This document shows, piece by piece, positions 11,801-22,481 of a DNA stretch of 64,000 bases. Made by a program: the position numbers and the translations under genes. The notes beneath the pieces were generated by a model. It saw only the letters and a program-made list of their open reading frames with translations. It did no database searches and had not been told where the DNA came from. The stretch is from Anthoceros angustus (lineage: Eukaryota; Plantae; Anthocerotophyta), in the NCBI GenBank assembly GCA_010909165.1, contig MU008218.1:1-64000 (forward strand), read 5' to 3'. The stretch's first letter is position 1; each line of letters starts with the position of its first letter.

Positions 11801-13830
11801 GCGATGGTAGGGGAGGCGAGTACTCTGGCCCCCACAGGAGATGTTAAGGAGGAGGTTGTCTCCCTAGGAGAATGAAAAATCACAAAGAGGAGCTCAACCT
11901 ACCAACATAAGTGCAGGAGCAAGGAGGTCACTTGTTCCACAAGTGAAGGAGAGGAGGATGAGTCCTCGGCGCCAAAGGAAGGAGATGGCGCAGGGAGCAA
12001 GGTAGGGTCACCCCACCAGGGTGACCCTACCACGGTAGTCCGCCAGACCAGTGGTAGGCACCACACGCCGGTCCCGACTACACTGGTAGGGCGGTACTCA
12101 TGGGCGAGGACTGAGGGGAGCCAGCCACGAAGGCCCGATTGAGGAAGGGGCGGGATCCTGCCCCGGAGGAGATAAGGTGTGGGAGAATGCCAGGAAGACC
12201 AAGACGGGTCCGACCCTGAGGAAGGGAGGGTAAGAATTCCCTCACCCCACGGATAAGGGAGGAGCCAGGCCGGAGAGGAGACCAACGCAAAGAAGGCCCG
12301 GAGGAATTAGCGAGGTGACAACATCGGTCGCAAATGGGGAGGAACCTTTGAAGACATGCTCCATATATAGGTATGGACAAATCAAACAACAGAAAGGAGC
12401 AAAAGGATCTCAACCCTGTGGACCATCACCGGAGGAAGAGGGAAGGAGATAGGGACCGACTACCATGGTAGGTAGCCCACCCCGGTAGTCCGCGACTACC
12501 GCGTAGGGTGCCCTTTGAAGGAGCGGCCTGGAGGCTAGAAGATGGGCTTCGAGTGCGCGAAGGGGCGATTGCGGATGGCAAGAGGAATTGCCCGGATGGA
12601 AGAAGGAAGGCGCCCCCGAGCAAGGGCAGGAAGGTACTTGCCCCAAAAGTAAGGGGCAGGAAGGTACTTGCCCCAAAAGTCAGGGGAGTCGAGGTGGGGA
12701 AGACCAGGAAAAAGGGAAGACCAGCAAAAGGGGATGAGAAGACCAACGAAGGGAACCCGCCACCCCAAAGCAAGATAAGGATGAGAATTGTCAATGACCA
12801 TAAATGAGCTTTGGGGAATGGGAAGGATAGGTGGTGTAGGTTGGCAACATTAAAGAGTGGCCATAGGTGAAGTTGCTAGAATAGAATTTACCTAGGATCG
12901 ACAAGACTTAGATGCCAGCCTTAAATGTGGCGGTAGGAAATAATAGAATATTGGAAAAGGTGACCGCAGAGGGTCACCCAAGGGAGGTTGTATGGAAGGC
13001 CTCCTATAAGAGGAGGAGGATTTCACAAAGTAAAGTATCATGTCTTGCGCCCACCCCCGAGTCCTTTGCCATTAAAGGAATTTCGTGGGCCGTGAGCCAA
13101 CACTCGGGTAGAGAGGAAGTCGCGGTGGTCGGAGTGCTTGGTGGAGGACTTGCTCGCAAGTGCCTAAACGAGTTGCTCCCTTGTGAATGGTTGCCGTGAA
13201 ATTGCTTTGCTTTGGGTGTGTGGCAAATGCCGTGAACTCTCGGCTTGAGGGTAGACTGGAAAGACTCGGAGGTTCTCTGTGGTGTCAAACTCATAGCAAC
13301 CGCCCAAGGAAGAACTTGGTGGAGGCCGACCCTGTACCAGCCAGAAGGGCAGTCAAACCAAGAAGCCCGAACCGAGGTTAGAATAGGAGGAAGAGGATGA
13401 GGAGATGAGAGATGAGTAGAGGATTAGAGGTGTAGGTGTTAGTGGAAGGCCAGTGAGCCTAAGGGACGAATCCCAACTGCAAGTAAAAGAGCTCCGAGTG
13501 GAGAAGAGTGGTCTTAGAAGTAGGGACGAAATCGGTGTGGATCGGGGGTCCCTGGGCGCCGTGATAGGCTCCTCACGAGGACCTGAATTGTGTTGTGTCG
13601 CTGTAGGTCGAGGATTGATTTTTTGAGCAAGTGCAAGTGCAACAGAAGAGGGAGAGTAGAGGCGCCTTGCTTGTTAGAAGGCTGAGAGTTGTGTCTCAGT
13701 AGCGATTGGTGACCACAAGGCCTCGAACTTTCACACAAGTCTCATGGGACGAAACCCAACGCGCGGCAAGGATAAGTGTGGCCGCTATAGTGGGAGGACC
13801 TCAGGAGTGCCCCGGGTTTTCCCTACCACA
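8852..13830 (+). repeat. 3' LTR of element 1 (4979 bp)
   Basis: TG...CA termini. Homologous to 157-5033. Confidence 0.85.
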
Positions 13831-14230
13831 GCTTCTTACTAATATAAGATTTTATACATTTAAATACTTATTTTATATATTAATATTTTCACAAATATGA
13901 TCATGATATACTTTTATGTGAAAAACCATAACTTATAGTTGAAATGCAACTCTAGTTGGACGAGGTTGGCATTTCGCCAAGGAGGCTAATGAAGGCGATT
14001 TGCAAGCTTTGATTCTAGTATGTACTGTTAGGTGGTGGTTTACACAGGGGTAACAACACAGGTAGAAACGGCAAATGTATCAGACGTTCCCATTCAAGCA
14101 TAAGTCACTACGGTAGGCAACGCTGATTCTAAAACAGACACGGCCGTGTGGTTGTTGTGCCTACTATACAGGCTCCACGGTGATGAGCGGTTGCTAGGAC
14201 ACGCACAGGAGTGCACATACACGCATGCAC

Positions 14231-14277
14231 ATAGCGTTAGTTAGGCAGGCTTAAATAGCGTTAGTTAGGCAGGCTTA
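14231..14277. repeat. 24-bp-period tandem duplication
   Basis: ATAGCGTTAGTTAGGCAGGCTTA occurs twice. Confidence 0.9.
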
Positions 14278-14363
14278 CAGTTTTAAGTACCACCGCCAAC
14301 CAATGCACACATGAGGACAACTGGTGGTCCGCCAAGTAGGGACTTGAACATATCTCAGACTCT

Positions 14364-14487
14364 CAAGCTTCGTATCCCTTCAGTGGTAGCAAGACCTTGG
14401 AATGAGCATGCACACATTCAAACAACAAGCTTCGTATCCCTTCAGTGGCAGCAAGACCTTGGAATGAGCATGCACACATTCAAACAA
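14364..14487. repeat. 62-bp tandem duplication
   Basis: CAAGCTTCGTATCCCTTCAGTGG(T/C)AGCAAGACCTTGGAATGAGCATGCACACATTCAAACAA occurs twice. Confidence 0.9.
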
Positions 14488-14884
14488 CAACATGGTTGAT
14501 TAGGCCCATGGCTAGAAGCATGAAGCTGACAAGCTCTATATCGAAATGAGAAAGGGGTCAAGCCCCGTACATTGTCCAGTCCCCATCACAAGTGTTGGAG
14601 CCACTACATATAGCAGCTCTGCTGCTCTAAAAATACCTGCCCTCATTTTCTTGACACCTTTTTGTGGCTTAAAATCTCTGCATTCTTGGATAAAGCTGCA
14701 TGTGGCCCACTCACCCTATATTTGAAAGCAACTAGCTAGCTTGTTTGAAGCCATTTTCCTCACCAAAACATCTTATCACACACACCATACTTAAAAACAA
14801 TAATATTCAAAAATCCTAATTCTATTCAAAAATCCTAATTCTATACCAGGCGCTTCGACAACTTTCAGAGTAACATTCACTCGT

Positions 14885-15118
14885 TTAACATACAGTGAGT
14901 GCCTCATCGCATTGAAAATACACTCGAAAGCGTACACAATAAGCACCAATCAGATTTTCACGTGTATCCGATGAGGAGATGATACGCAACCTTGACCGTA
15001 CATCAGCGGTGAGAGAACCAATCCTCAGACCTATAGACTCGCATGGATCTGTTCTGTGCGCAACGTATGCGACAGCCAGCTCCTTGCTGAGCCCCCAGAA
15101 ATCGCCGTCCTTGCCATC
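14885..15118 (-). pseudogene. Out-of-frame, eroded DYW deaminase domain of the upstream PPR gene
   Basis: A shifted frame overlapping the PPR stop reads DGKDGDFWGLSKELAVAYVAHRTDPCESIGL...RLRIISSSDTRENLIGAYCVRF. It is colinear with DYW (HSEKLAIAFG...TP.G..I...KIIS....REI...DAYCVH.F). Confidence 0.7.
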
Positions 15119-18100
15119 AAATGTCTGCGGCCAAATGTGGCATAAGTTCTCCTTCGTTCATTCGAGGAGATAGCTGCTTCAGCCTTGCGTCGCTCCTGGG
15201 TTGCTTCCTATTCCACGCAAAAAACCTATGCACAAGTCCGTCCATGTCTGTCCACCAGCTTTGGCCTGGCTGCTTCCAGGCCCTGAGTTTTATTCTCCTC
15301 GCCTGCACCTCATGTGCCCGGTCCCACATCTGGGCAGACGTGTATATGTTCAACATCATTACATGTGCTGAGGCATCTTTCTTGTCTAGCTTCACAGCTT
15401 CATCGAAAGCATGACGACCCACCTCCACGTTGCTCCACTTTCGACAAGCACCCAACATTGTTTGCCAAACCACAGCATTAGGTGGTAGAGGCATTGTCTG
15501 TACCAAAGCTAGTGCCTCGTCCAGTCGACCTGCACGACCCAGGAGATCCACCATGCAGGTGTAATGCTCCACTGTGGGAGTGATGCTGTACTGTCTGCTC
15601 ATATCCTCAAAGAATTTTTTCCCAACGTTCACTAGACCAGCATGACTGCATACTGTTAGTATACTTAGGAATGTAACGCCAACTGGCTGTATGCCATCCT
15701 CTCTCATTCTCTGGACCAAGCCCAATACCACTTCACTGTCCCCTTGGCAGGCGTAGCCTGCAATCAGAGCGCTCCAGGTGACAACGTCTCTTTGGGGCAA
15801 TGCATCAAAAACCTGCTGTGCATCAACCATGCTCCCACATTTTCCATACATGTTTATCAAACTACCAGCTACAAACTTATCAACTTGAAGCTTTTGTTCC
15901 TCAATCTGTGCATGTAGATGCCTCCCCAGATGCAAAGCTGCCACATTTGCACATGCCTGCAGCAGGCTCAAAAATGTCACAGAATTGGGTACAGCGATGC
16001 CTTCTTGTTGCATAGCACTGTACAGACGAAGGGCTTCATAGCCCATGCCCTGATGGGAATATCCTGCTATCATGGTCGTCCACGCCACTACATTTTTCTG
16101 CCCTAGTCCGTCAAACACCCTCTGAGCGTCTTCCAACCTGCCACACTTCGCATACATGTTTACCAAACTGCTGGCTACAAATCCATCGACGTAATGTCCT
16201 TGTTCTCGTATCTGTTTATGCAGTTGCCTCCCCTTCTCTAAAGCGGCGGTCCCTACACTCGCACATGCCTGCAGGACAGAAGCAAATGTCCCACAATCAG
16301 GGACAACGATGCCTTCATCTTGCATAGCACTGTATAGATGAAGGGCTTCCTGGCCCATTCCCTGCTGGGAATATCCTGCTATCATGGCATTCCATGTCAC
16401 CACATCTTTTTGAGCAAGACCATTAAACACCCTGTGAGCTTTAATTAGGCTGCCGCACTTTGCATACATGTTTAGCAAACTGCTGGCTACAAACACATCA
16501 GCTTCATGTCCTCTTTCAGTGATTTGCGCATGAAGCTGATTCCCCATCTCCAAGGCTGGGGCGCCCACACTTGCACATGCCTGCAGGAGGCACACAAAGG
16601 TCACAGAATTGGGAACGGCAATCCCTTCTTCTTGCATAGCATTGTAGAGACGAAGGGCTTCATGGCCCATGCCCTGCTGCGAATACCCTGCAATTAGAGC
16701 AGTCCATGTCACCACATCTTTCTGACAAAGTTCATCAAACACTCTTTGAGCGTCCTTCAAGCTGCCACACTTTGCATACATGCACACCAAACTGCTAGCT
16801 ACAAACACATCAGCTTGGTGCCCTCGTTTCCTGATTTGGGCATGAAGCTGCATCCCCTTCTCCAACGCCGCTGGAGTGCCCAGACTCGCACATGCCTGCA
16901 GGAGGCACACGAATGTCACCGAATTGGGTACAGCCATGCCCTCATCTTGCATAGCACTGTAAAGACGGAGGGCTTCCTGACCCATCCCCCGCTGGGAATA
17001 CCGTGCTATCATGGCATTCCAAGTCACCACACTTTTCTCACCAAGTCCATCAAACACTCTTTGCGCATCTTCCAAGCTGCCACACTTTGCATACATGTGT
17101 ACCAAACAGTTGGCTACAAACACATCAGCCTGGTGTCCCCGTTCTCTGATTTGTGCATGGAGCTGCTTCCCCTTCTCCAATGCCGGGGCACCCACACTTG
17201 CACATGCCTGCAAGAGGCACAGAAACGTCACGGAATCAGGTGCAACGACGCCCTCTTCTTCCATAACCCTGTAGAGGCGAAGGGCGTCCTCCCCCATGCC
17301 GTGGTCAGCATAACCTGCTATCATGGCATTCCATGTTACCACATTTTTTTTCTCAAGTCCGTCGAACACTCTTTGCGCGTCTTCCAAGCTGCTACACTTC
17401 GCATACATGTCCACCAAGCAACTGCACACGAACAAATCAGGCTCAACGCCACTCGCCATGACATCAGCATGCACCTGCTGCCCAGTTTCCAAGTCTGACC
17501 CCCTTGCACAAGCCTGAAGGGCTGACACAAATACATGGCCATCTGGCTTCACACTTGACATGCGCATCCGACGATACAGCTGCACGGCCTGCTGGTCTTG
17601 ACCGTGTTCTACATGCGCAGAAATTATGGAAGACCACATGAAGGCGTCTGGTGCGGCCACCACGGTGAACACATCCATCGCGTCTTGCAACCTGCCATGA
17701 GAAGCATACATCCGGAGGATATGGTTGCACACGAACGTGTCCGACTGACACCCCTTTCTCACAGCCAAAGCATGGACGCGGCGACCCAGAACCAGGTCTT
17801 TCTTCAGGTGACATTTCTTGAGGACTGTATACAGGATAGATGTCGATATACGGCAGTCCGTTTGCACAAGAACTCCAAGAGCCTCGACAGCCTCACTGAC
17901 TCGGCCCTGATCACATAGCTTGCTCACAGTTTCAGTGCCCAGTATAGCATTATCCCGCAAGCTCCAGTCGGGCTTCGAGGTCTCGTTGTTTGACGGCGGT
18001 CGATTCCCAGAAGTCAAGTGAGCTGCACCTCCTCCCTGGATTCCTGTCAAACCACCAATTTGCTTGACTCGTTTGGGACGCTCCAGATGGTCATGGCTCG

Positions 18101-18152
18101 TAGGACCAAGCGCTGAGCCAGGTGCAAGAGACAGCGAACCAGCGTGCTGCAT
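15117..18152 (-). CDS. PLS-class pentatricopeptide repeat protein (organellar RNA-editing factor type), E domains and PGxSWW box, no in-frame DYW; intronless
   Basis: 1011-aa ORF with repeated P-L-S triplets (VVTWNAMIAGY / SVTF..LLQACA / VFVASSLV.MYAKCG). E1/E2 (EHYTCMVDLLGRAG; VVWQTMLGACR) and KQPGQSWW. Confidence 0.97.
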   Translation of the reverse strand: MQHAGSLSLAPGSALGPTSHDHLERPKRVKQIGGLTGIQGGGAAHLTSGNRPPSNNETSKPDWSLRDNAILGTETVSKLCDQGRVSEAVEALGVLVQTDCRISTSILYTVLKKCHLKKDLVLGRRVHALAVRKGCQSDTFVCNHILRMYASHGRLQDAMDVFTVVAAPDAFMWSSIISAHVEHGQDQQAVQLYRRMRMSSVKPDGHVFVSALQACARGSDLETGQQVHADVMASGVEPDLFVCSCLVDMYAKCSSLEDAQRVFDGLEKKNVVTWNAMIAGYADHGMGEDALRLYRVMEEEGVVAPDSVTFLCLLQACASVGAPALEKGKQLHAQIRERGHQADVFVANCLVHMYAKCGSLEDAQRVFDGLGEKSVVTWNAMIARYSQRGMGQEALRLYSAMQDEGMAVPNSVTFVCLLQACASLGTPAALEKGMQLHAQIRKRGHQADVFVASSLVCMYAKCGSLKDAQRVFDELCQKDVVTWTALIAGYSQQGMGHEALRLYNAMQEEGIAVPNSVTFVCLLQACASVGAPALEMGNQLHAQITERGHEADVFVASSLLNMYAKCGSLIKAHRVFNGLAQKDVVTWNAMIAGYSQQGMGQEALHLYSAMQDEGIVVPDCGTFASVLQACASVGTAALEKGRQLHKQIREQGHYVDGFVASSLVNMYAKCGRLEDAQRVFDGLGQKNVVAWTTMIAGYSHQGMGYEALRLYSAMQQEGIAVPNSVTFLSLLQACANVAALHLGRHLHAQIEEQKLQVDKFVAGSLINMYGKCGSMVDAQQVFDALPQRDVVTWSALIAGYACQGDSEVVLGLVQRMREDGIQPVGVTFLSILTVCSHAGLVNVGKKFFEDMSRQYSITPTVEHYTCMVDLLGRAGRLDEALALVQTMPLPPNAVVWQTMLGACRKWSNVEVGRHAFDEAVKLDKKDASAHVMMLNIYTSAQMWDRAHEVQARRIKLRAWKQPGQSWWTDMDGLVHRFFAWNRKQPRSDARLKQLSPRMNEGELMPHLAADI

Positions 18153-18833
18153 TTACACGAAAGAGCTTCAGGAACTAACTACGACCGACACGGAGCACAA
18201 GACTTTGATTGGCACTTTGCTTTCACTCTTCTCATCGTTTCGCGATGCCTCGTGGTACACACCTCTCGCTTTAGAGCAGGCCTTTGCAGTCGGGAATGGA
18301 TGCATGGATCAAGACACCCAGCTAAAAATCTCCGAGTAATGTTTAAGGAAAAGGGATACCATCGTACAAGTGGAACTACCTCCAAAAGAACCTCCCTAAG
18401 ACTTAAGCTCCTCGACCGCAGATTTACAAGAACTGTCAGACACTAAATAGAACTCAACACCCTTGATAGTATTGCCACAACAGCCTATATCATGGCTTGC
18501 GCGTTACGAGCAGAGTCGGCTTGTTGGACAACTTCCCCTCCGGAGTAAGTGCTCCATGCGCTGACTGTTGAGCTCAAGGAAGACCTAACCCTTCCAGAGC
18601 AGTTTGCGTCTTCGCATTCCCAAGGTAACTCTCTGGAAGCAATAGTTGGATCCTTCGTATCTCACCAAAAGCGGTCAGAGAGGGGAGCTCATGAGCATCG
18701 CCAATTTCCTCCTTAAAAGCCTCCACACCAGGAGACCCGCGAGTTGACCATAAAGGCAGCTCCTGCTGGAACCTGCCCAGGCTGTCTTTTGTCTCCAAGG
18801 CCTGCCAACCTCTGTGAACAGTTTCTCAAGTAT

Positions 18834-20550
18834 CAAGCCTCTTCTCTCCTCGTGCCATTGCCATGGATGATATTGTATTTGCATAGAGGGCACGTAGCAT
18901 TTATGCGGAGCCACTTATCAATGCATGCACAGTGGAAGTGATGTAGACAAGGAAGCTCCCGCAACTCAGCTCCATCATCATATGAAGAAAGGCAGATGCA
19001 GCATTCCTGATACAGGAGTCATGTAGGTGTGATAGGTTCAGAAACAAAGTTAACCACCTCAGCAAGGGAACGATTAACCAGATGCTTACCGCATCCTCTG
19101 CGGATATCACCCGTTCGGTAACATCTTCAGACGGACTAACCAGTCCCATGACCCCAGCAAATGCTCCGGCCTTCTCCCCGCTACTTTTGTCCATTCCCCC
19201 CGTCCGCCTGAACTTGTACTTAGGTAGAGAGCTTATATCTTCCTCAGATGCACCTTCCTATCCAGACGAGCAGAAAGCAGTGAGGTGCATGAAAAGAGCT
19301 ATCGATCATCACCATCTTTTCTAATCAAAGAGCAACTCGGTTGTTTGCTTTCGGTAATTTTCGTGCATGCCTACGAGCAACACACTGCCAAACACAGAAA
19401 GGACAGCAACTTGAAAAAAAGTCAAATACCTGATCAGCCACTGCGTAGAGAATTGCTATGATACACGGTAGGCAGCAGCAGACGGCAATGCCAATAACAC
19501 AAGCAAGAGCCACACAAAAGACCACAAAGAAGACATCGAAGGCTAAAAACACCACACAGAGCCTGCACAGAAGCAACACCACGCCGTCAGAACCGAACGT
19601 ACATTAGGAACGAAAACCCGTACTTCGCAACATATGAGAGATGTGAGGGCGGCCAGTGAGGCAGCATACCAGTACAGCCTGGGAGAATCATGAGTCAACG
19701 TTTGGCCTCCAGCCGTTATCCAGTAGAACCCAACAATCCACCAAACAAAGGAGAAAATAGTGTTGACTGACTCGAGACGCTTGGCAATGCTGCATGAAGA
19801 AGAACCACAGACAAGACGAAAGCTTCCAGATCAGGGTAGAGCTGACAGCGTGTAAGCAGGCCGTGAAAAGAAGATGTGACCCATCAACAAAGCAGTCTCA
19901 AGAGGGTATCACTCTCACCACATAGCTAGCTGATAACAACAAAACCTGCGCACAGATTCACAAAATGCAATTTGCCGCTAAAACCCTAACATGATCGCAT
20001 CCAGCACCTGCGGCAACCTAGGGAACTGAAGAAAATGCTGGCGGACAAACCTGGCTCCCTCAACCGTGGCCTCCTCTTCATCCGACTCAGCGTCCGCCTC
20101 CGACTCACCGAGCTCAGGATCGTCATGGTTCGGCGCGGCAGGCGCTGCAGGATGCTGGGCAGGCGGCTGGACATTCCGAAGCCGCCGCCGCCTTCTATAT
20201 TCACAGCAAACACAAAGCATGTGCAGCATGCACTGCAACGCATACCCGAGCACCCAAACCCGCAAAAAAGTCCTCGGCTTCTCTTCCTTACTAAGAAAAA
20301 GCACCACCAGCGCCACCACCACAAACGCCAAATTCCAAATCAGGTCCAAAACCACGACAGGCCGTGAATAGGCCCAGTCGCTCTGCCGCTCCTCCAGCTG
20401 CTCCGCTGCCGACTCCCTGACCAGCATGGACGGCTCCCTCATCAGCCGGCGACTGCTGGCCCGGCGCAGAAACCGCGCTGCTCCTGTACTCCCACTCTCC
20501 TGCCCCCGCTCCCCGACCCCGCCCGGCCCCAGCCCTAGCCCCTTCCTCAT
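18834..20550 (-). CDS. Membrane-anchored RING-H2 E3 ubiquitin ligase (At1g12760/At1g63170-like), multi-exon; start uncertain
   Basis: [36 protein letters not shown]; [22 protein letters not shown]; [12 protein letters not shown]; terminal [43 protein letters not shown]. Confidence 0.93.
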
Positions 20551-21593
20551 CCACTCTGGCCAGCAGCGGCGTGACGTCTATCCCGACATCCGGCGCCGAG
20601 GTAGAGGGCCGCAACACCGCCCCGATCCATCTCCTCCCTTCCCCTACCCTGACACACTGTAAATTCCTGCCCCAGCCCCTGCGCCTTCCTTCCCTCCCTC
20701 CCTCCTCCCGACCCCTCTGCCTCCCCTACTGCCTCACCTGGTCGTGCATTTCAAAGCTTCCTCCTCCGCCGCACCTATCTCCCCAGGCCGCGGCGCCCTC
20801 CTCCATCCTTGGCCATGCCGTCTTTGCGGCAGCAGCGGCAGGCTCAGCAGCAGCAACAGTGTCGTCCGGCCAGGGAGCCCCGTCCAGGCAATCCATGCCG
20901 CATTTCCCCACACCCTCGATTGCTCGCTGGCTACGCAAACAGGAGGCGGAAGCAGCAGGGCGGGCAACGCGCAGGCGAGGGCGGGCTCCACGAGGGCCGA
21001 GAGCGCAAGGGCCTGGCGAACTAAGCAGGCTGGAAGAAAGAAGGAAGAGATGATGAGAGCCAGCAAGAGAAGTAGTAGAGTGGGGCGGCATGCGCAAGCC
21101 ATGCCCGGCCGCGCCATGCACCGCCTCTGTCCCGCTACGCATTTCTAGAGCTGCCGCTACGTCACCGGATGGGCGCCAAGCGAAAACACCAAGGCCGACG
21201 ACGTGGGTCCATGTGACGGCTCCGACTAGGCTGCGGATTCAATTTCCGACTCCTTTTCCCATTTTCCTATGCTATTGTGCCTTTACCAAATCCCAACAGC
21301 ATATATCTTTGACCATCCGCAAGTATGTGTCTAGTATGAGTTTCCCACTAGACAAACACCAAATCACACATCAACGTGATTAATATGGAAGAACATTCTT
21401 TTAAGGTTATCATTTTCCAAAATATCCTTCACACCTTCTTGTAAGTTAAATATTATCGTTGAATATTTTATTTTAAAATTATTGCTTTCATTAGCCAAGT
21501 TTCTTATAAGTTGAATATTATCATTGAATATTCTATTTGGACACGCTGTTACTGCTTTCATTTGTGAAGTTGTATTTTTGTGTGGTATCTATC

Positions 21594-22040
21594 ATGGATT
21601 TTTATATATCACTTAAGCATCTATATTTTGTATGGGTGATACTTATGTATGGCTGCAATCCAATTAACATGCAGGTTGTGCATCCATTCATTGTAAATCC
21701 AGATATTACTTATGTTGACATGAATTGTGAGAAACAGGATTTTGGTTTTTGGGAAAAGATGTTCTTTTACGATTATGTGATTGAGGCGGTAGATGACCTG
21801 GTTACTGCAGGAGCAAAAAAATTTCCGCAACTTCCATATAGAATTTCTATATTTGAGTTAGATGCAGAAGTAAACTGCAAAATGACAAATCCAACAATGA
21901 TGGATGAATCACAATGTTTCTCTTGCCTCAATTTTATTTGGTCTGAATTGAAGAGACTATGTCCAGGAAAAACTTTCGGCTCCTATATAGTGCGTGATTG
22001 TCACATTCAATATAGATTCACAATGCAAAGCCGAAACTAA
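21594..22040 (+). CDS. Orphan AT-rich ORF (~148 aa), unknown function
   Basis: Open frame 21537-22040 in sequence of roughly 30% GC. No family recognised. Confidence 0.45.
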   Translation: MDFYISLKHLYFVWVILMYGCNPINMQVVHPFIVNPDITYVDMNCEKQDFGFWEKMFFYDYVIEAVDDLVTAGAKKFPQLPYRISIFELDAEVNCKMTNPTMMDESQCFSCLNFIWSELKRLCPGKTFGSYIVRDCHIQYRFTMQSRN

Positions 22041-22481
22041 AACACTCGTCATACTGACACGTATATATAATACAGAAGTTCTAGTTCAAAAATGATCTTA
22101 TATCATTATATTATCCTATTGATGAATAAATATTGAAGTACACTAAAATTTAAAAGGATGTGCTATTTTCATCATATTACCGTGACTAGCTATGGCGTCA
22201 AATGAAGGGACTTGAATTGAAGTATGTGTTTAGATAGAATCAATGCATCAAATTCATCTCTTCATATAGGATACGTATGAACAAATTTATTTCTTGAGAT
22301 ATAATATATTTATATAAAAACAAACTTATATATTATCTTATTTCTAAAATTAGTGATGTTCACCATGCATTTTTGAGGTTCAATTTTTTTGTAGGATTAC
22401 ATGTCTATTTGGCAACGGGATCCTTGCAGACTCGATTCCAATCTAGGGCATGTTGGTTTCCCTTATGCGAGACCTAAAATG

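Larger units (their letters stand above)
157..13830 (+). mobile_element. Ty3/gypsy LTR retrotransposon (non-chromovirus, Athila/Tat-like), internally deleted, with ~4.9-kb LTRs
   Basis: Direct repeat ~157-5033 vs 8852-13830, both ending ...CCTACCACA. Athila-type PBS follows the first copy and a purine tract + TG precedes the second. Gag and integrase remnants lie between them. Confidence 0.85.

Noticed and set aside
16746-17498. 250-aa plus-strand ORF
   Set aside because: Antisense shadow of the repetitive PPR coding sequence.
20571-21383. Overlapping GC-rich ORFs upstream of the RING gene
   Set aside because: Low-complexity Pro/Ala/Arg frames that are open on both strands because of high GC. 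Most likely promoter/5' UTR sequence.
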